NCBI GenBank assembly: GCA_963793875.1
Contig: CAWCBS010000014.1
Location: forward strand, 90,088 to 154,087
Source: an uncultured Chloroflexia bacterium
GTDB taxonomy: Bacteria; Chloroflexota; Dormibacteria; Aeolococcales; Aeolococcaceae
Length of the DNA stretch: 64,000 bases
Reading direction: 5' to 3'
The notes below the pieces were generated by a model, which was given only the letters and a program-made list of their open reading frames with translations, was not told where the DNA came from and did not search any database. A program made the translations under genes and the position numbers. This document shows positions 1 through 10,631 of the stretch, piece after piece. The first letter of the stretch is position 1, and each line of letters opens with the position of its first letter.

Positions 1-471
1 ACCGCCGCCGAGATCTCGTCGAGGTACTCGATGATCTGGGAGGCCAGGGCGATCAGGGTCGCCGAGGGCATCTCGTGCTCGCGCGCGACCGTGCCCACCA
101 CCTCCTCCCAGACCACCTTGGCGGCCACCCGGTATGCGGAGAGGAGGACGTCGAAGGGGAGGCCGAGGTCGGCCTGCACCGCCCCGGTCTGGGCCAGCCG
201 GTCGAGGTCGCCGGCCCGCGGGCCGCGGCCGTCGTGGAGGCGCCGGACCAGGACCCGCAGCGCGTCCCGGCAGGCGGAGACGATCGAACGGTAGTAGGAG
301 ACGGTGTTGAAGTGCCCCGGCAGGCTGATCTCGGCGGCGATCCGGCGAGCCATCCGGCCCGCGATCGCGTCGGCGTCGGCGAGCAGCCGGGCGGTCACGG
401 CCGGGGGAAGACTGGCCGACTCGACCAAGACCGCCGGTCGCGGTTTGGATACCGTGGCCAACTTGTCCACC
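1..471 (-). CDS. Hypothetical protein, N-terminal ~157 aa only; it runs off the 5' edge of the window and has no recognisable family
   Basis: The minus-strand frame is open from a GTG at ~471 down to position 1. The translation is protein-like (…VDKLATVSKPRPAVLVE…ALASQIIEYLDEISAA). The plus-strand frames here translate to Arg/Ser-rich junk. The gene is divergent from the ferritin-like gene that starts at 504. Confidence 0.4.
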
Positions 472-503
472 TCACACAAAAAGAGCACGGTTGCATCGCC
501 AGG

Positions 504-1343
504 ATGGCGGATGCTTTGGCCATTCTGCACCAGGACACTGGGTTTGTGCTCTACGATGAGCTGTTCGTCAACCTCGAGCGAGCCCGCTGGAACCTGAGTC
601 GCGACATCGACTGGGACGCCATCGAGCCGGAGAAGCTCACCCCGGGGTGGATCTTCGACGTGCGCGAGGTCTGCCTCACCGAGCTGTCGGCCCTCTACGC
701 GACCGAGATGTTCCTGCGCGACTTCTACGCCGACATCGACTTCTGCAGCTTCATCTCGGTGTGGTTCTACGAGGAGATGAAGCATCACCTGGTGCTGCGC
801 AAGTACCTGGAGCGGGTCGGCGAGGTGATCGAGGAGGCCGAGCTGCCAAGGCTTCGGATCAGCTTCGACGAGGGCCCGGCGATCGAGACCCTCACCATGC
901 ACTTCTGCGGCGAGCAGCGCCTGGCCCACTGGTACACGGCCTTCAGCGCCAACGCTCCTGAGCCGGTGCTGCGCCAGATCTTCAAGGTGCTGGCGGCCGA
1001 CGAGCTGCGCCACGGCGCCGCCTACGCCAAGTACCTGCGCAAGGCGGTGAAGAACAAGCCCGAGGTCGTCCCCACCATCCTTCGAATGGCGCTCTGGATG
1101 ATCCGTACCACCAATGACAATCCCAAGCACCCGACCACCATCACCGAGCCCTCGGTGGTCTCGCTGCTCGAGGATCCCCACTACATCCGCCGCATGCTCA
1201 ACGCCTACCTGCCCGGGCGCGACCACGAGGCACCGGTGCAGCGGCGGATCCTGGCGCTCATGTCCGAGCTGGCCGGGACCAAGATCGGCTCGGTTCGCGA
1301 GCTGCTCGCCCAGATCCGGCTGCTCGAGGGGGAGGCCGCCTAG
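504..1343 (+). CDS. Ferritin-like diiron-carboxylate superfamily protein (two EXXH motifs: EEMKHH and DELRHG)
   Basis: The ATG at 504 lies inside the longer track ORF 75..1343, whose upstream part looks like junk. The two E-x-x-H motifs in helical context are typical of diiron 4-helix-bundle proteins. The exact family is not resolved. Confidence 0.55.
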   Translation: MADALAILHQDTGFVLYDELFVNLERARWNLSRDIDWDAIEPEKLTPGWIFDVREVCLTELSALYATEMFLRDFYADIDFCSFISVWFYEEMKHHLVLRKYLERVGEVIEEAELPRLRISFDEGPAIETLTMHFCGEQRLAHWYTAFSANAPEPVLRQIFKVLAADELRHGAAYAKYLRKAVKNKPEVVPTILRMALWMIRTTNDNPKHPTTITEPSVVSLLEDPHYIRRMLNAYLPGRDHEAPVQRRILALMSELAGTKIGSVRELLAQIRLLEGEAA

Positions 1344-2999
1344 CCCCGATCTTTCAGTAGGGGCGGCCGGGAGGTCAACGAGGGGGTCGGAGGCGGTGCG
1401 GGGGCGTCGCCGCCACGGTGAGGACCCCGGTGGTGGTGCCGAGCGAGAGGGCCGGGGCGCTGCCGGGCGCGTCGACGGTGATGCGGGCCACGAACAAGGC
1501 CACGGGTGGAGTTGCCGAAGAGATCGGGTCCGGTGCCACAGGGTGTCGGTGTCAGGCGGCGGGAAGGCTGCGCAATCGCTCGAAGGCCGAGCCGAGCAGT
1601 CGCGCCCACGGCCAGCGGCGGTGCAGGCGCAGGTACAGCCGTCGCCCGCTCCGCACCAGACGGGCAGCGACGTGGAAGAGACAGTAGCGGAGCCGCTTGG
1701 GCTCCCACCGAGCGGCCTTGCCGTCGAGGCAGAGGCGCTGCATCCAGGCGACCAGATCCTGGGCGACGAGCACCAGCTCCAGCCAGACCTCGTTGGCGGC
1801 GAAGTCGCGGAAGGGGAGGTTGCGCAGGCCCGACGCCTTGCCGCAGCGAATGCGGTCCTCCACCCGGGCGTGGGCACGGTGACGCGCCTCCAGAACCGCC
1901 AGATCGGTGTCGGTCTGGTCGGTGATGAACACCTGGAAGCGAAACCCCTCGTGGTCAGTGAAGGAGAGCTGAGCGCCGGGATGAGGCCGCTCCCGCCGGC
2001 AGAGGGCCCGGGTGGCGGTGGGCCAGGCGCTGAGGTCGAGATCGTGGAGCTCGCAGACCGCCGCACCGTCCCGAGGATCGCCGTCCTGGGTGATGGCAGG
2101 GACCCAGGTCTCCGGGGAAACTCCAAGCACGGCATCGCGAACCGGCTCGGTGAGGTCGAAGCCGACGGAGAAGAGGATGCCGCGCTCCCGCAGGGCATCG
2201 AGGAAGTCGTGGGTGGCGCCGGCGGAGTCCGCGCGGGCCAGCATCGGCGGATCGCCGGCACTCTTGGGCGGGAGCTGCTCGAGCGCGGCGTCGAGGACCC
2301 GGATGTGATCAGCGGCATGGTTGGCGCCGGCATTGCCGGGGCGTAGCAGCCCGGCCAGGATCTCGTCAGTCTCGTCCAGGCTGCAGAGCAGCGGATGGAA
2401 GCCGAAGCCGTGCTTGTAGGTGCCGGCGGCGCCCTGCTTCTCCGAGTGGGCGGTGACCAGGGTGGCGTCGAAGTCGAGGGTGATGTGCTCGGGGCGGACC
2501 CCGTGCTTCCAGGCGTGGCCCCGCGCCTGGGCCCGGGCTCGGCGCACCGGGGTGAGGTCGAGATCGGTGCTGAGCGCGTCGATCACCCGCCAGGCGGTGG
2601 GGACCGAGGCCACCTCGCCGAAGAGGTCCGGCTGGTGGTGCAGGACGGTCAGGTCGGAGAGGCAGTCTCCGCCATCGGCGATGCTGACGGCGAGGTCCCG
2701 CAGCACCTCGCCGGGGTCGTGCGCCCGCCGACGCCGCTGCAGGCAGGCGAGCTCCCGAGAGAGCGCCGCGGTCAGCCCCACCCGATCGGCCAGCTCGACC
2801 AGCAGGTAGCTGCCCGCGTGAGAGATCACCCCCTCGCCATCCGCCGTCACCACCGGCCGTGGCCGCTTGGTAGTCTTCATCCTGAAAGTGCCCCCCTCTT
2901 TGGGATCTTCGAGCGTCGAGAACCCGAGTATCCCTTGTCAGGTGGGGCACTTTCTCGTTCCCGCCCCCGGCAACCACCTACCTCAGTGAAAGATTGGGG
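1344..2999 (-). mobile_element. IS1380-family insertion sequence of ~1656 bp with imperfect terminal inverted repeats, flanked by a 4-bp CTAG direct repeat
   Basis: The left end at 1344-1366 (ccccgatctttcagtagg…) matches the reverse complement of the right end at ~2975-2999 (…cctcagtgaaagattgggg), with one 4-nt indel. CTAG sits at 1340-1343 and again at 3000-3003. The length matches IS1380 itself (1665 bp). A single transposase ORF lies inside. Confidence 0.7.
1552..2880 (-). CDS. IS1380-family DDE transposase (442 aa)
   Basis: The N-terminus (…ADGEGVISHAGSYLLVELADRVGL…) is characteristic of IS1380-family transposases. The size is also typical of the family. It is called by family resemblance only. 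Confidence 0.75.
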   Translation of the reverse strand: MKTTKRPRPVVTADGEGVISHAGSYLLVELADRVGLTAALSRELACLQRRRRAHDPGEVLRDLAVSIADGGDCLSDLTVLHHQPDLFGEVASVPTAWRVIDALSTDLDLTPVRRARAQARGHAWKHGVRPEHITLDFDATLVTAHSEKQGAAGTYKHGFGFHPLLCSLDETDEILAGLLRPGNAGANHAADHIRVLDAALEQLPPKSAGDPPMLARADSAGATHDFLDALRERGILFSVGFDLTEPVRDAVLGVSPETWVPAITQDGDPRDGAAVCELHDLDLSAWPTATRALCRRERPHPGAQLSFTDHEGFRFQVFITDQTDTDLAVLEARHRAHARVEDRIRCGKASGLRNLPFRDFAANEVWLELVLVAQDLVAWMQRLCLDGKAARWEPKRLRYCLFHVAARLVRSGRRLYLRLHRRWPWARLLGSAFERLRSLPAA

Positions 3000-3067
3000 C
3001 TAGCGGACCGGCCCGGAGGTTCAGCAGCCCTCGCGGCTGCCGGCCCCGCTTTCGGGATAATCGGTCG

Positions 3068-3352
3068 ATGGCGGATGAGATCCGGGTTCACGCCACCGTG
3101 CGCGGGCGGGTCCAGATGGTGGGCTTCCGCGCCTTCGTGCTCGATCACGCCTGGGACCTGGCGCTGCGGGGGACGGTGGCCAACCGGCCCGACGGCAGCC
3201 TGGAATGCGTCGTCGAGGGCCCGCGGGAGGACGTCGAGAGACTGATTCAATCACTCCGCCAAGGCCCCAGCTCGGCGCGCGTGGACAGCGTCGACGTGCT
3301 GGAGCAGCCGGCCCGCGGGGACCTTCCGCCGATGGCGGTGTCGGCGTGGTGA
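3068..3352 (+). CDS. acyP: Acylphosphatase
   Basis: VHATVRGRVQMVGFRAFV matches the acylphosphatase signature (V-x-G-x-VQGV-FR). The protein is 94 aa. Confidence 0.85.
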   Translation: MADEIRVHATVRGRVQMVGFRAFVLDHAWDLALRGTVANRPDGSLECVVEGPREDVERLIQSLRQGPSSARVDSVDVLEQPARGDLPPMAVSAW

Positions 3353-3560
3353 GCACGCTGCGCTCTGCCGAGCGGATGTCGCAGGGCTGCGCTCTGGGCG
3401 GGGGCAACCTCGGGGCGCGGGTCGAGCCGCTCCGCAACCTGCTCCCCGGCAGCCCCGACCGCCAGGCGGTCTGGCGCTGAGCGACCCGCTGAACGCCGAC
3501 GTCCGTCCGGGCCTCGAGCAGACCCGAGCGCTGGCGCGGGACCACGACCTGGTCGCCCTG

Positions 3561-5018
3561 GTGCGGACGGTCGCGGCCCCGGAGGTGACCGGGCCGCGGC
3601 TGCTCGCCGCGGTGGGTGATCGCTTGGGCGCCTTCCTCTTCGAGTCCGCGAGCGGGGAGGGCGAGTTTGCCCGTTTCACCTTCGCCGGTCTGGCCGGCCC
3701 GGAGCGATTCCGGGTCCGACGGGGGCGCCTGACGCGGCTCGGCGAGGGAGAGCCGGCCGCCCCGGTCCCCTGCCCCGACCCGCTCCGTGCCCTCCAGGAG
3801 TTCACCGCCGGCCCCCGGGTGGCCCTCCCCGACGACCTCGATGTGCCCTTCACCGGCGGCTCGGTCGGACATCTCTCGTACGAGGCGGCGACCAGCTTCG
3901 AGAACGTAGGCCGCCCCGAACGCGATCCGCTCGACCTCCCCGACGCCTGGTGGGGCCGCTGCCTCTCGTGCAGCGTGCTCGACCGGGAGCGCCAGGTCGT
4001 GCATCTGATCACCCACGTCCCCACCGACGGCAACCTGGCCGAGGCCCATGCGGCGGGCGTCCGCCGTCTGGACGCGATGGCGGAGAGCCTGGAGGCCGCG
4101 GTCGCGCCCCCGGTGGCGGTCACCCCCTCCACGTCGGCGCCGCTGCCCGACGCCGCCGCCAACCTGAGCCGCGACGGCTTCATGGCGGCGGTGGCGCGCT
4201 GCCTCGAGTACATCGCGGCCGGGGACATCTTCCAGGTGCAGGTGTCACGGCGCTTCAGCCTCGACTTCCCGGTGTCGCCGCTGCGCCTCTACGCGGCGCT
4301 GCGGGCCGTGAACCCCAGCCCGTACCTCTTCTACCTCCGCACCGACGACTGCGTGCTGGCCGGCACCAGCCCCGAGATGCTGGTCCGGGTGACCGCGGAC
4401 GGGCGGGTCGCGTACCACCCCATCGCCGGCACCCGGCGCCGGGGACGCAGCCCGGAGGAGGACGCGGCGATGGAGCGCGAGCTCCACGAGAGCGCCAAGG
4501 AGCAGGCCGAGCACCTGATGCTCGTGGACCTCGGTCGCAACGACGTGGGCCGGGTCTGCGAGATCGGCAGCGTGGAGGTGAGCGACTACGCGGCGGTGCG
4601 CCGGTACGGGCACGTCATGCATCTGGAGACCTCGATCCAGGGGAGGCTGCGCCCGGGCCTCTCCGCCGTGGACGCGCTGCGCGCCTGCTTCCCCGCCGGC
4701 ACCGTCACCGGCGCCCCCAAGGTGCGGGCGATGGAGATCATCGCCGAGCTCGAGCCGGAGGTCCGCGGCGCCTACGCGGGCGCGGTCGGATACCTCGACT
4801 TCCGGGGCAGCCTGGACACCGCCATCGCGCTGCGTACCGCGGTGGTCCGCCAGGGACGGCTCCACCTCCAGGCCGCGGCTGGCATCGTCGCCGACTCCGA
4901 CCCCGCCGAGGAGGCGCGCGAGATCGACAACAAGCTGCGCGCCCTGGCCATGGCCGCGGAATCGCTCCGCCCGGCTGCAGCTGCGGCAGCGGCGGCGGCG
5001 GAGGGCCCGGCACGGTGA
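3561..5018 (+). CDS. trpE: Anthranilate synthase component I
   Basis: TrpE-family motifs (…SPEMLVRV…HPIAGT…GAPK…) in a 485-aa protein. The start codon is a GTG. The same frame stays open upstream, so the true start could be earlier. Confidence 0.85.
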   Translation: MRTVAAPEVTGPRLLAAVGDRLGAFLFESASGEGEFARFTFAGLAGPERFRVRRGRLTRLGEGEPAAPVPCPDPLRALQEFTAGPRVALPDDLDVPFTGGSVGHLSYEAATSFENVGRPERDPLDLPDAWWGRCLSCSVLDRERQVVHLITHVPTDGNLAEAHAAGVRRLDAMAESLEAAVAPPVAVTPSTSAPLPDAAANLSRDGFMAAVARCLEYIAAGDIFQVQVSRRFSLDFPVSPLRLYAALRAVNPSPYLFYLRTDDCVLAGTSPEMLVRVTADGRVAYHPIAGTRRRGRSPEEDAAMERELHESAKEQAEHLMLVDLGRNDVGRVCEIGSVEVSDYAAVRRYGHVMHLETSIQGRLRPGLSAVDALRACFPAGTVTGAPKVRAMEIIAELEPEVRGAYAGAVGYLDFRGSLDTAIALRTAVVRQGRLHLQAAAGIVADSDPAEEAREIDNKLRALAMAAESLRPAAAAAAAAAEGPAR

Positions 5019-5043
5019 GCGCGGCGGCCACGACCGGCGGGGG

Positions 5044-5685
5044 GTGGCCCCGGTGAACGAGGAGTTCAGCCTTCCCGAGCGCGACCTCGGAGATTCGGTC
5101 CTGGTTGTCGACAACTACAACTCCTTCACCTTCAACCTGGTCCAGCGGCTGGGCGAGCTGGGGGCGCGCTGCGTGGTGGTGCGCAACGACACCGCCACCG
5201 TGGCGGCGATCGGGGAGCGCGGGCCGGCGGCGGTGGTGGTCTCGCCCGGACCCCGGACCCCCGCGCAAGCCGGGATCTCGGTGGAGCTGATCCGCGTGCT
5301 CGGCGCTCGCATTCCCATTCTCGGGGTGTGCCTTGGCCACCAGGCCATCGGGGAGGCGTACGGAGGCCGCGTGGTGCGGGCGCCGTCCCTGATGCACGGC
5401 AAGCTGAGCCAGGTCCACCACGATGGCGCCGGGGTCTTCGCCGGCGTCCCGGATCCTTTCGCGGCCACCCGCTATCACTCGCTGGTGGTGGAGCCCGCGA
5501 GCCTGCCCGCGTCGCTCGAGGTCACCGCCCGCACCGACGATGGGGTGATCATGGCCCTGCGCCACCGGGAGCACCCGGTGGTCGGGGTCCAGTTCCACCC
5601 CGAGTCGATCGGCACCGGCGCCGGCTACCGCATCCTCGAGAACTTCCTGGAGATGACCACGGCACCGCTCGAGGTGAGGCGATGA
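5044..5685 (+). CDS. trpG: Anthranilate synthase component II (glutamine amidotransferase)
   Basis: Class I glutamine amidotransferase with the GVCLGHQ catalytic Cys motif. It lies immediately downstream of trpE. Confidence 0.85.
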   Translation: MAPVNEEFSLPERDLGDSVLVVDNYNSFTFNLVQRLGELGARCVVVRNDTATVAAIGERGPAAVVVSPGPRTPAQAGISVELIRVLGARIPILGVCLGHQAIGEAYGGRVVRAPSLMHGKLSQVHHDGAGVFAGVPDPFAATRYHSLVVEPASLPASLEVTARTDDGVIMALRHREHPVVGVQFHPESIGTGAGYRILENFLEMTTAPLEVRR

Positions 5686-6494
5686 CCTCCGAACTCGGGG
5701 CGCTCGGCCCGATCGTGGAGCGGAAGCGACGCGAGGTCGAGGAGATCAGCTGCGGTCGCGCCGCCATCTGGGCCAAGGCTGAGCACCTCCCGCCCGCGCC
5801 CGGCTTCGCCGTGCTCCGCGGCGGTCGGGTCGTGGCCGAGCTGAAGCGGCGCTCTCCCAGCGGCGGCTCCCTGCGCGCCGACCTGGACGTGGGGGCGGTC
5901 GCCGCCGCGTACGCCGACGCCGGAGCGGCGGCGATCTCGGTGCTTACGGACGCCGCCGATTTCGGGGGCTCGCCGGCGGACCTGGAGTCGGTGCGGGCCG
6001 CGGTCGAGATCCCGGTGCTGCGCAAGGACTTCACGGTGGATCCGGTCCAGATCGCCGAGTCCCGGGTGCTCGGTGCCGACTGGGTGCTGCTGATCGTCGC
6101 CGTGCTCGAGGGCGGCGCTCTCGAGGAGTGCCTGGAGGCGGTGCGGCGGGCCGGCGCCCAGGCCCTGGTCGAGGTCCACGACGAGCGGCAGGTGGAGCGC
6201 GCCCTGGCCGCCGGAGCGACCTGCATCGGCATCAACAACCGCGACCTGCGCAGCCTCCGCACCGACCTGGGCACCTTCTCCCGGTTGCGCCGGCTGCTCC
6301 CGGAAGGGGTGGTGAGCGTCGCCGAGTCCGGGGTGCGCAGCGCCGCCGACGTCGTCCGCCTGGTGGGGGAGGGGGCCGACGCCGTGCTGGTCGGCGAGGC
6401 GCTGATGCGCCACCCCGACCCGGGCGGCCTCTGTGCCGAGCTGGTGGCCGCCGCGGCCGCGGAGGGGGCGCGGCGCCACAGCACCACCCGGTGA
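5682..6494 (+). CDS. trpC: Indole-3-glycerol phosphate synthase
   Basis: The ATG at 5682 overlaps the trpG stop codon in an ATGA junction. The N-terminus MTSELGALGPIVERKRREV is IGPS-like. The track ORF 5328..6494 carries a spurious upstream extension in the same frame. Confidence 0.8.
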   Translation: MTSELGALGPIVERKRREVEEISCGRAAIWAKAEHLPPAPGFAVLRGGRVVAELKRRSPSGGSLRADLDVGAVAAAYADAGAAAISVLTDAADFGGSPADLESVRAAVEIPVLRKDFTVDPVQIAESRVLGADWVLLIVAVLEGGALEECLEAVRRAGAQALVEVHDERQVERALAAGATCIGINNRDLRSLRTDLGTFSRLRRLLPEGVVSVAESGVRSAADVVRLVGEGADAVLVGEALMRHPDPGGLCAELVAAAAAEGARRHSTTR

Positions 6495-6603
6495 GCCCAG
6501 GCGCCGAGAGGCTCGCGCCCTCGCGCATCGGGCCCAGTGGGGGACAACCGTCGCCCACCGGTCTCGCTCCAACCCGGGGCGTCGAGTTCGGCATGATGCG
6601 CAG

Positions 6604-7289
6604 GTGATCGTCAAGGTCTGCGGGGTGCGCACCCCCGAGATCGCCGCGTGCGCGGTCGAGGCCGGGGCCGACTGGGTCGGGGTCGTCCTCGAGCCGCGCA
6701 GCCCGCGCCACGCCGACGCCGCCGCCGTGGACGCGGTGCATGCGGCGCTGGCGGGTCGCGCCGACCTGGTCGGGGTGATGGTCGAGCCGGCGGCCGGGCG
6801 CTGCGCCAGGCTTGCCCGCCGCCACCGGCTCGACGCGCTCCAGCTCCACGGCCGGGTGGAGCCGTCACTGGTCGGGGAGGTCGACCTCCCGCTGATCCGG
6901 GCCGTCAACCCCGAGTACGAGAGCGCGGCCTTCACCGCCGACTGGTGGCCGGACTGCCTGCTGCTGCTCGACAGCCCGCCGCTGGGGGCCGGGGCGCTCC
7001 CCGGTGGCACCGGCAGGCTGGTCGACCTCGAGACCGCCGCCGAGGTGGCCGCCCACCGCCCCATCATCCTGGCCGGCGGCCTGACCCCTGACAACGTCGC
7101 CGCCGCGATCGAGATGGTCCGGCCCCACGGCGTCGACGCCAGCAGCGGGCTGGAGTCGAGCCCCGGGGTCAAGGACCCCGGAAGGGTCCGCGACTTCGTG
7201 ATCGCGGCGCGGGCGGCTTTCGCGACCCTGGACCGGCGCGCCGCGGCATCCGACGGTCCGGGTGGCAGCCGCGCCGGAGGGGCGGGCCG

Positions 7290-7293
<4 letters not shown>
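6604..7293 (+). CDS. trpF: Phosphoribosylanthranilate isomerase
   Basis: VIVKVCGV…ADWVGVV is a PRAI signature. I chose the GTG at 6604 as the start. The track ORF starting at 6433 has an unlikely N-terminal extension. Confidence 0.7.
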
Positions 7294-8476
<1,183 letters not shown>

Positions 8477-8480
<4 letters not shown>

Positions 8481-9295
8481 CCGCCGCCGCCGCCGGGCCG
8501 GCCCGGTTCGAGGCCGCCTTCGCGGCGCGCGCCGGCGACGGACGCCCCGGGGTCATCCCCTACGTCACCGCCGGCTTCCCGGGGCCCGCCGACACCGCCC
8601 CGCTGTTGCTCGCCTGCCAGCGGGCGGGGAGCCTGGCGGCTGAGGTGGGGATCCCGTTCAGCGACCCCCTGGCCGACGGCCCCACCATCCAGCGCACCGG
8701 CTGGCGCGCCCTGGAGCAGGGGATGACCCCGGCCCGGGCGATCGCCCAGGTGGCCGAGGCCCGGAGCGCGGGGCTGACCATCCCGGTGGCCGTGATGACC
8801 TACGTCAACCCGATCCTGGCGGTCGGGGTGGAGGCCTTTGCGACCGCCTGCGCCGGGGCCGGCGTCGACGGGGTGATCGTCCCCGACCTCCCCGCCGAGG
8901 AGGCCGCCACCCTGGCCGCGGCCCTGGCGAGCCACGGGCTGGCCCACATCCCGCTGGTGGCGCCCACCACCCCGACCCCCCGGGTCGCCCGGGTGGCGGC
9001 CACCGCTGCCGGCTTCGTGTACTGCGTCAGCGTGACCGGCACCACCGGCGCGCGGGAGAGCGTGAGCCCCGCCGCCCTGGATCTGCTGGAGCGGGTGCGG
9101 TCGGTCAGCGTTCTGCCCCGCGCTCTCGGCTTCGGCATCTCGCGTCCCGAGCACGTGGAGGCTCTCGCCGGTCACTGCGAGGCGGTGGTGGTCGGCTCGG
9201 CGCTGCTCGACGCCATCGGGAAGGGCGGAGACCACCCGGGGGCGATCGCGGAGCGGTTCATCGGCGGTTTGCGCGGCGTGGGCGCAGCCGGGTGA
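8477..9295 (+). CDS. trpA: Tryptophan synthase alpha chain
   Basis: TrpA-like sequence ([10 protein letters not shown]…[11 protein letters not shown]). ATGA overlap with the trpB stop codon. Confidence 0.85.
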
Positions 9296-9326
9296 GCCCC
9301 ACCTCGATCTTGGCGCCCTCGCGCCG

Positions 9327-10631
9327 ATGACCCCTCCCGCCAACCTGGGGCCGATCTTCCGCCTGGCGGGCGAGGTGCGGGTGCCCGGCGACAAGAGCAT
9401 CAGCCACCGCGCTCTGATCCTCGGTGCGCTGGCCCGCGGCCGCAGCTACCTCGGCGGCCTGGCCCCGGGCGAGGACGTGGCCCACACCGCCTCCTGCCTG
9501 GAGGCGTGCGGCGTCTTCATCCGCATCCACGGCGACGGCCGCGCCATGGTGGAGGGCAACGGGCCGGAGCACGCCCTGGCCGTCCCCGCCGACCGTCTCG
9601 ACTGCGGCAACTCGGGGAGCACCATGCGGATGCTCGCCGGGGCCGTCGCCGGCCATCCCATCACCGCCTGCCTGGACGGGGACGCCTCACTGCGGCGGCG
9701 GCCGATGCGCCGCATCGCGGCCCCGCTCCAGGAGATGGGGGCGGCGGTGCGGTTGGGGCCGGAGGGCACTGCTCCGATGACCGTCGAGGGGCGGCGCCCG
9801 CTCCGGGCGATCACCTTCGAACCGCCGGTGCCGAGCGCCCAGGTCAAGACGGCCGTCCTGCTCGCCGGCCTCTTCGCCGACGGACCGACCGCGGTCGTCG
9901 AGCCGGCGCTGACCCGCGACCACACCGAACGACTGCTCCGGCTCTGCGGCATCGAGGTGGTGAACGCGGAGGGCCGGGTCACCGTCACCCCCGGCCCGCC
10001 CCAGCCATTCGGTCTCCAGATCCCCGGTGACATCAGCTCGGCCGCGTTCTTCCTCTGCCTCGCCGCCGCGCGCGACGGCTGGCAGGTCCGCTGTCCCGGG
10101 GTGGGGCTCAACCCCGGGCGTGACGGGGTCATCGACGTGCTCCGGGCCATGGGAGCCACCGTCGGCGTCCTGCAGCGAGAGCCCGCCGGCGGGGTGGAGC
10201 CGGTCGGCGACGTGGAGGTGCGCGGCGGACCCCTGCACGGGACCATCGTCGGGGGCGCGCTGGTCCCCCGTCTCATCGACGAGCTGCCGGTCATCGCCGT
10301 GCTCGCCACCCAGGCGGAGGGGGTGACGGAGATCCGCGACGCCGCCGAGCTGAGGACCAAGGAGTCCGACCGCATCGCCCACCTGGCCGAGGGATTGCGC
10401 CGCATGGGCGCGGCCTGCGAGACCCTGCCCGACGGGCTGGTCATCGAGGGGCCGGCCCGGTTGGTCCCCGCCGCCGTCGACGCCGCCGGCGACCACCGGC
10501 TGGCGATGGCCTTCGCGGTGGCCGCCTGCCTCTGTGCAGCGCCGGGCGAGACCCGCATCGCGGGCGCGGAGTCGGTCGCCATCTCCTATCCCGGCTTCTT
10601 CGAGGACCTCGCGACCCTCTCGGCCGGGTAG
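9327..10631 (+). CDS. aroA: 3-phosphoshikimate 1-carboxyvinyltransferase (EPSP synthase)
   Basis: The N-terminal PGDKSISHRALILGALA motif in a 434-aa protein. Confidence 0.9.
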   Translation: MTPPANLGPIFRLAGEVRVPGDKSISHRALILGALARGRSYLGGLAPGEDVAHTASCLEACGVFIRIHGDGRAMVEGNGPEHALAVPADRLDCGNSGSTMRMLAGAVAGHPITACLDGDASLRRRPMRRIAAPLQEMGAAVRLGPEGTAPMTVEGRRPLRAITFEPPVPSAQVKTAVLLAGLFADGPTAVVEPALTRDHTERLLRLCGIEVVNAEGRVTVTPGPPQPFGLQIPGDISSAAFFLCLAAARDGWQVRCPGVGLNPGRDGVIDVLRAMGATVGVLQREPAGGVEPVGDVEVRGGPLHGTIVGGALVPRLIDELPVIAVLATQAEGVTEIRDAAELRTKESDRIAHLAEGLRRMGAACETLPDGLVIEGPARLVPAAVDAAGDHRLAMAFAVAACLCAAPGETRIAGAESVAISYPGFFEDLATLSAG

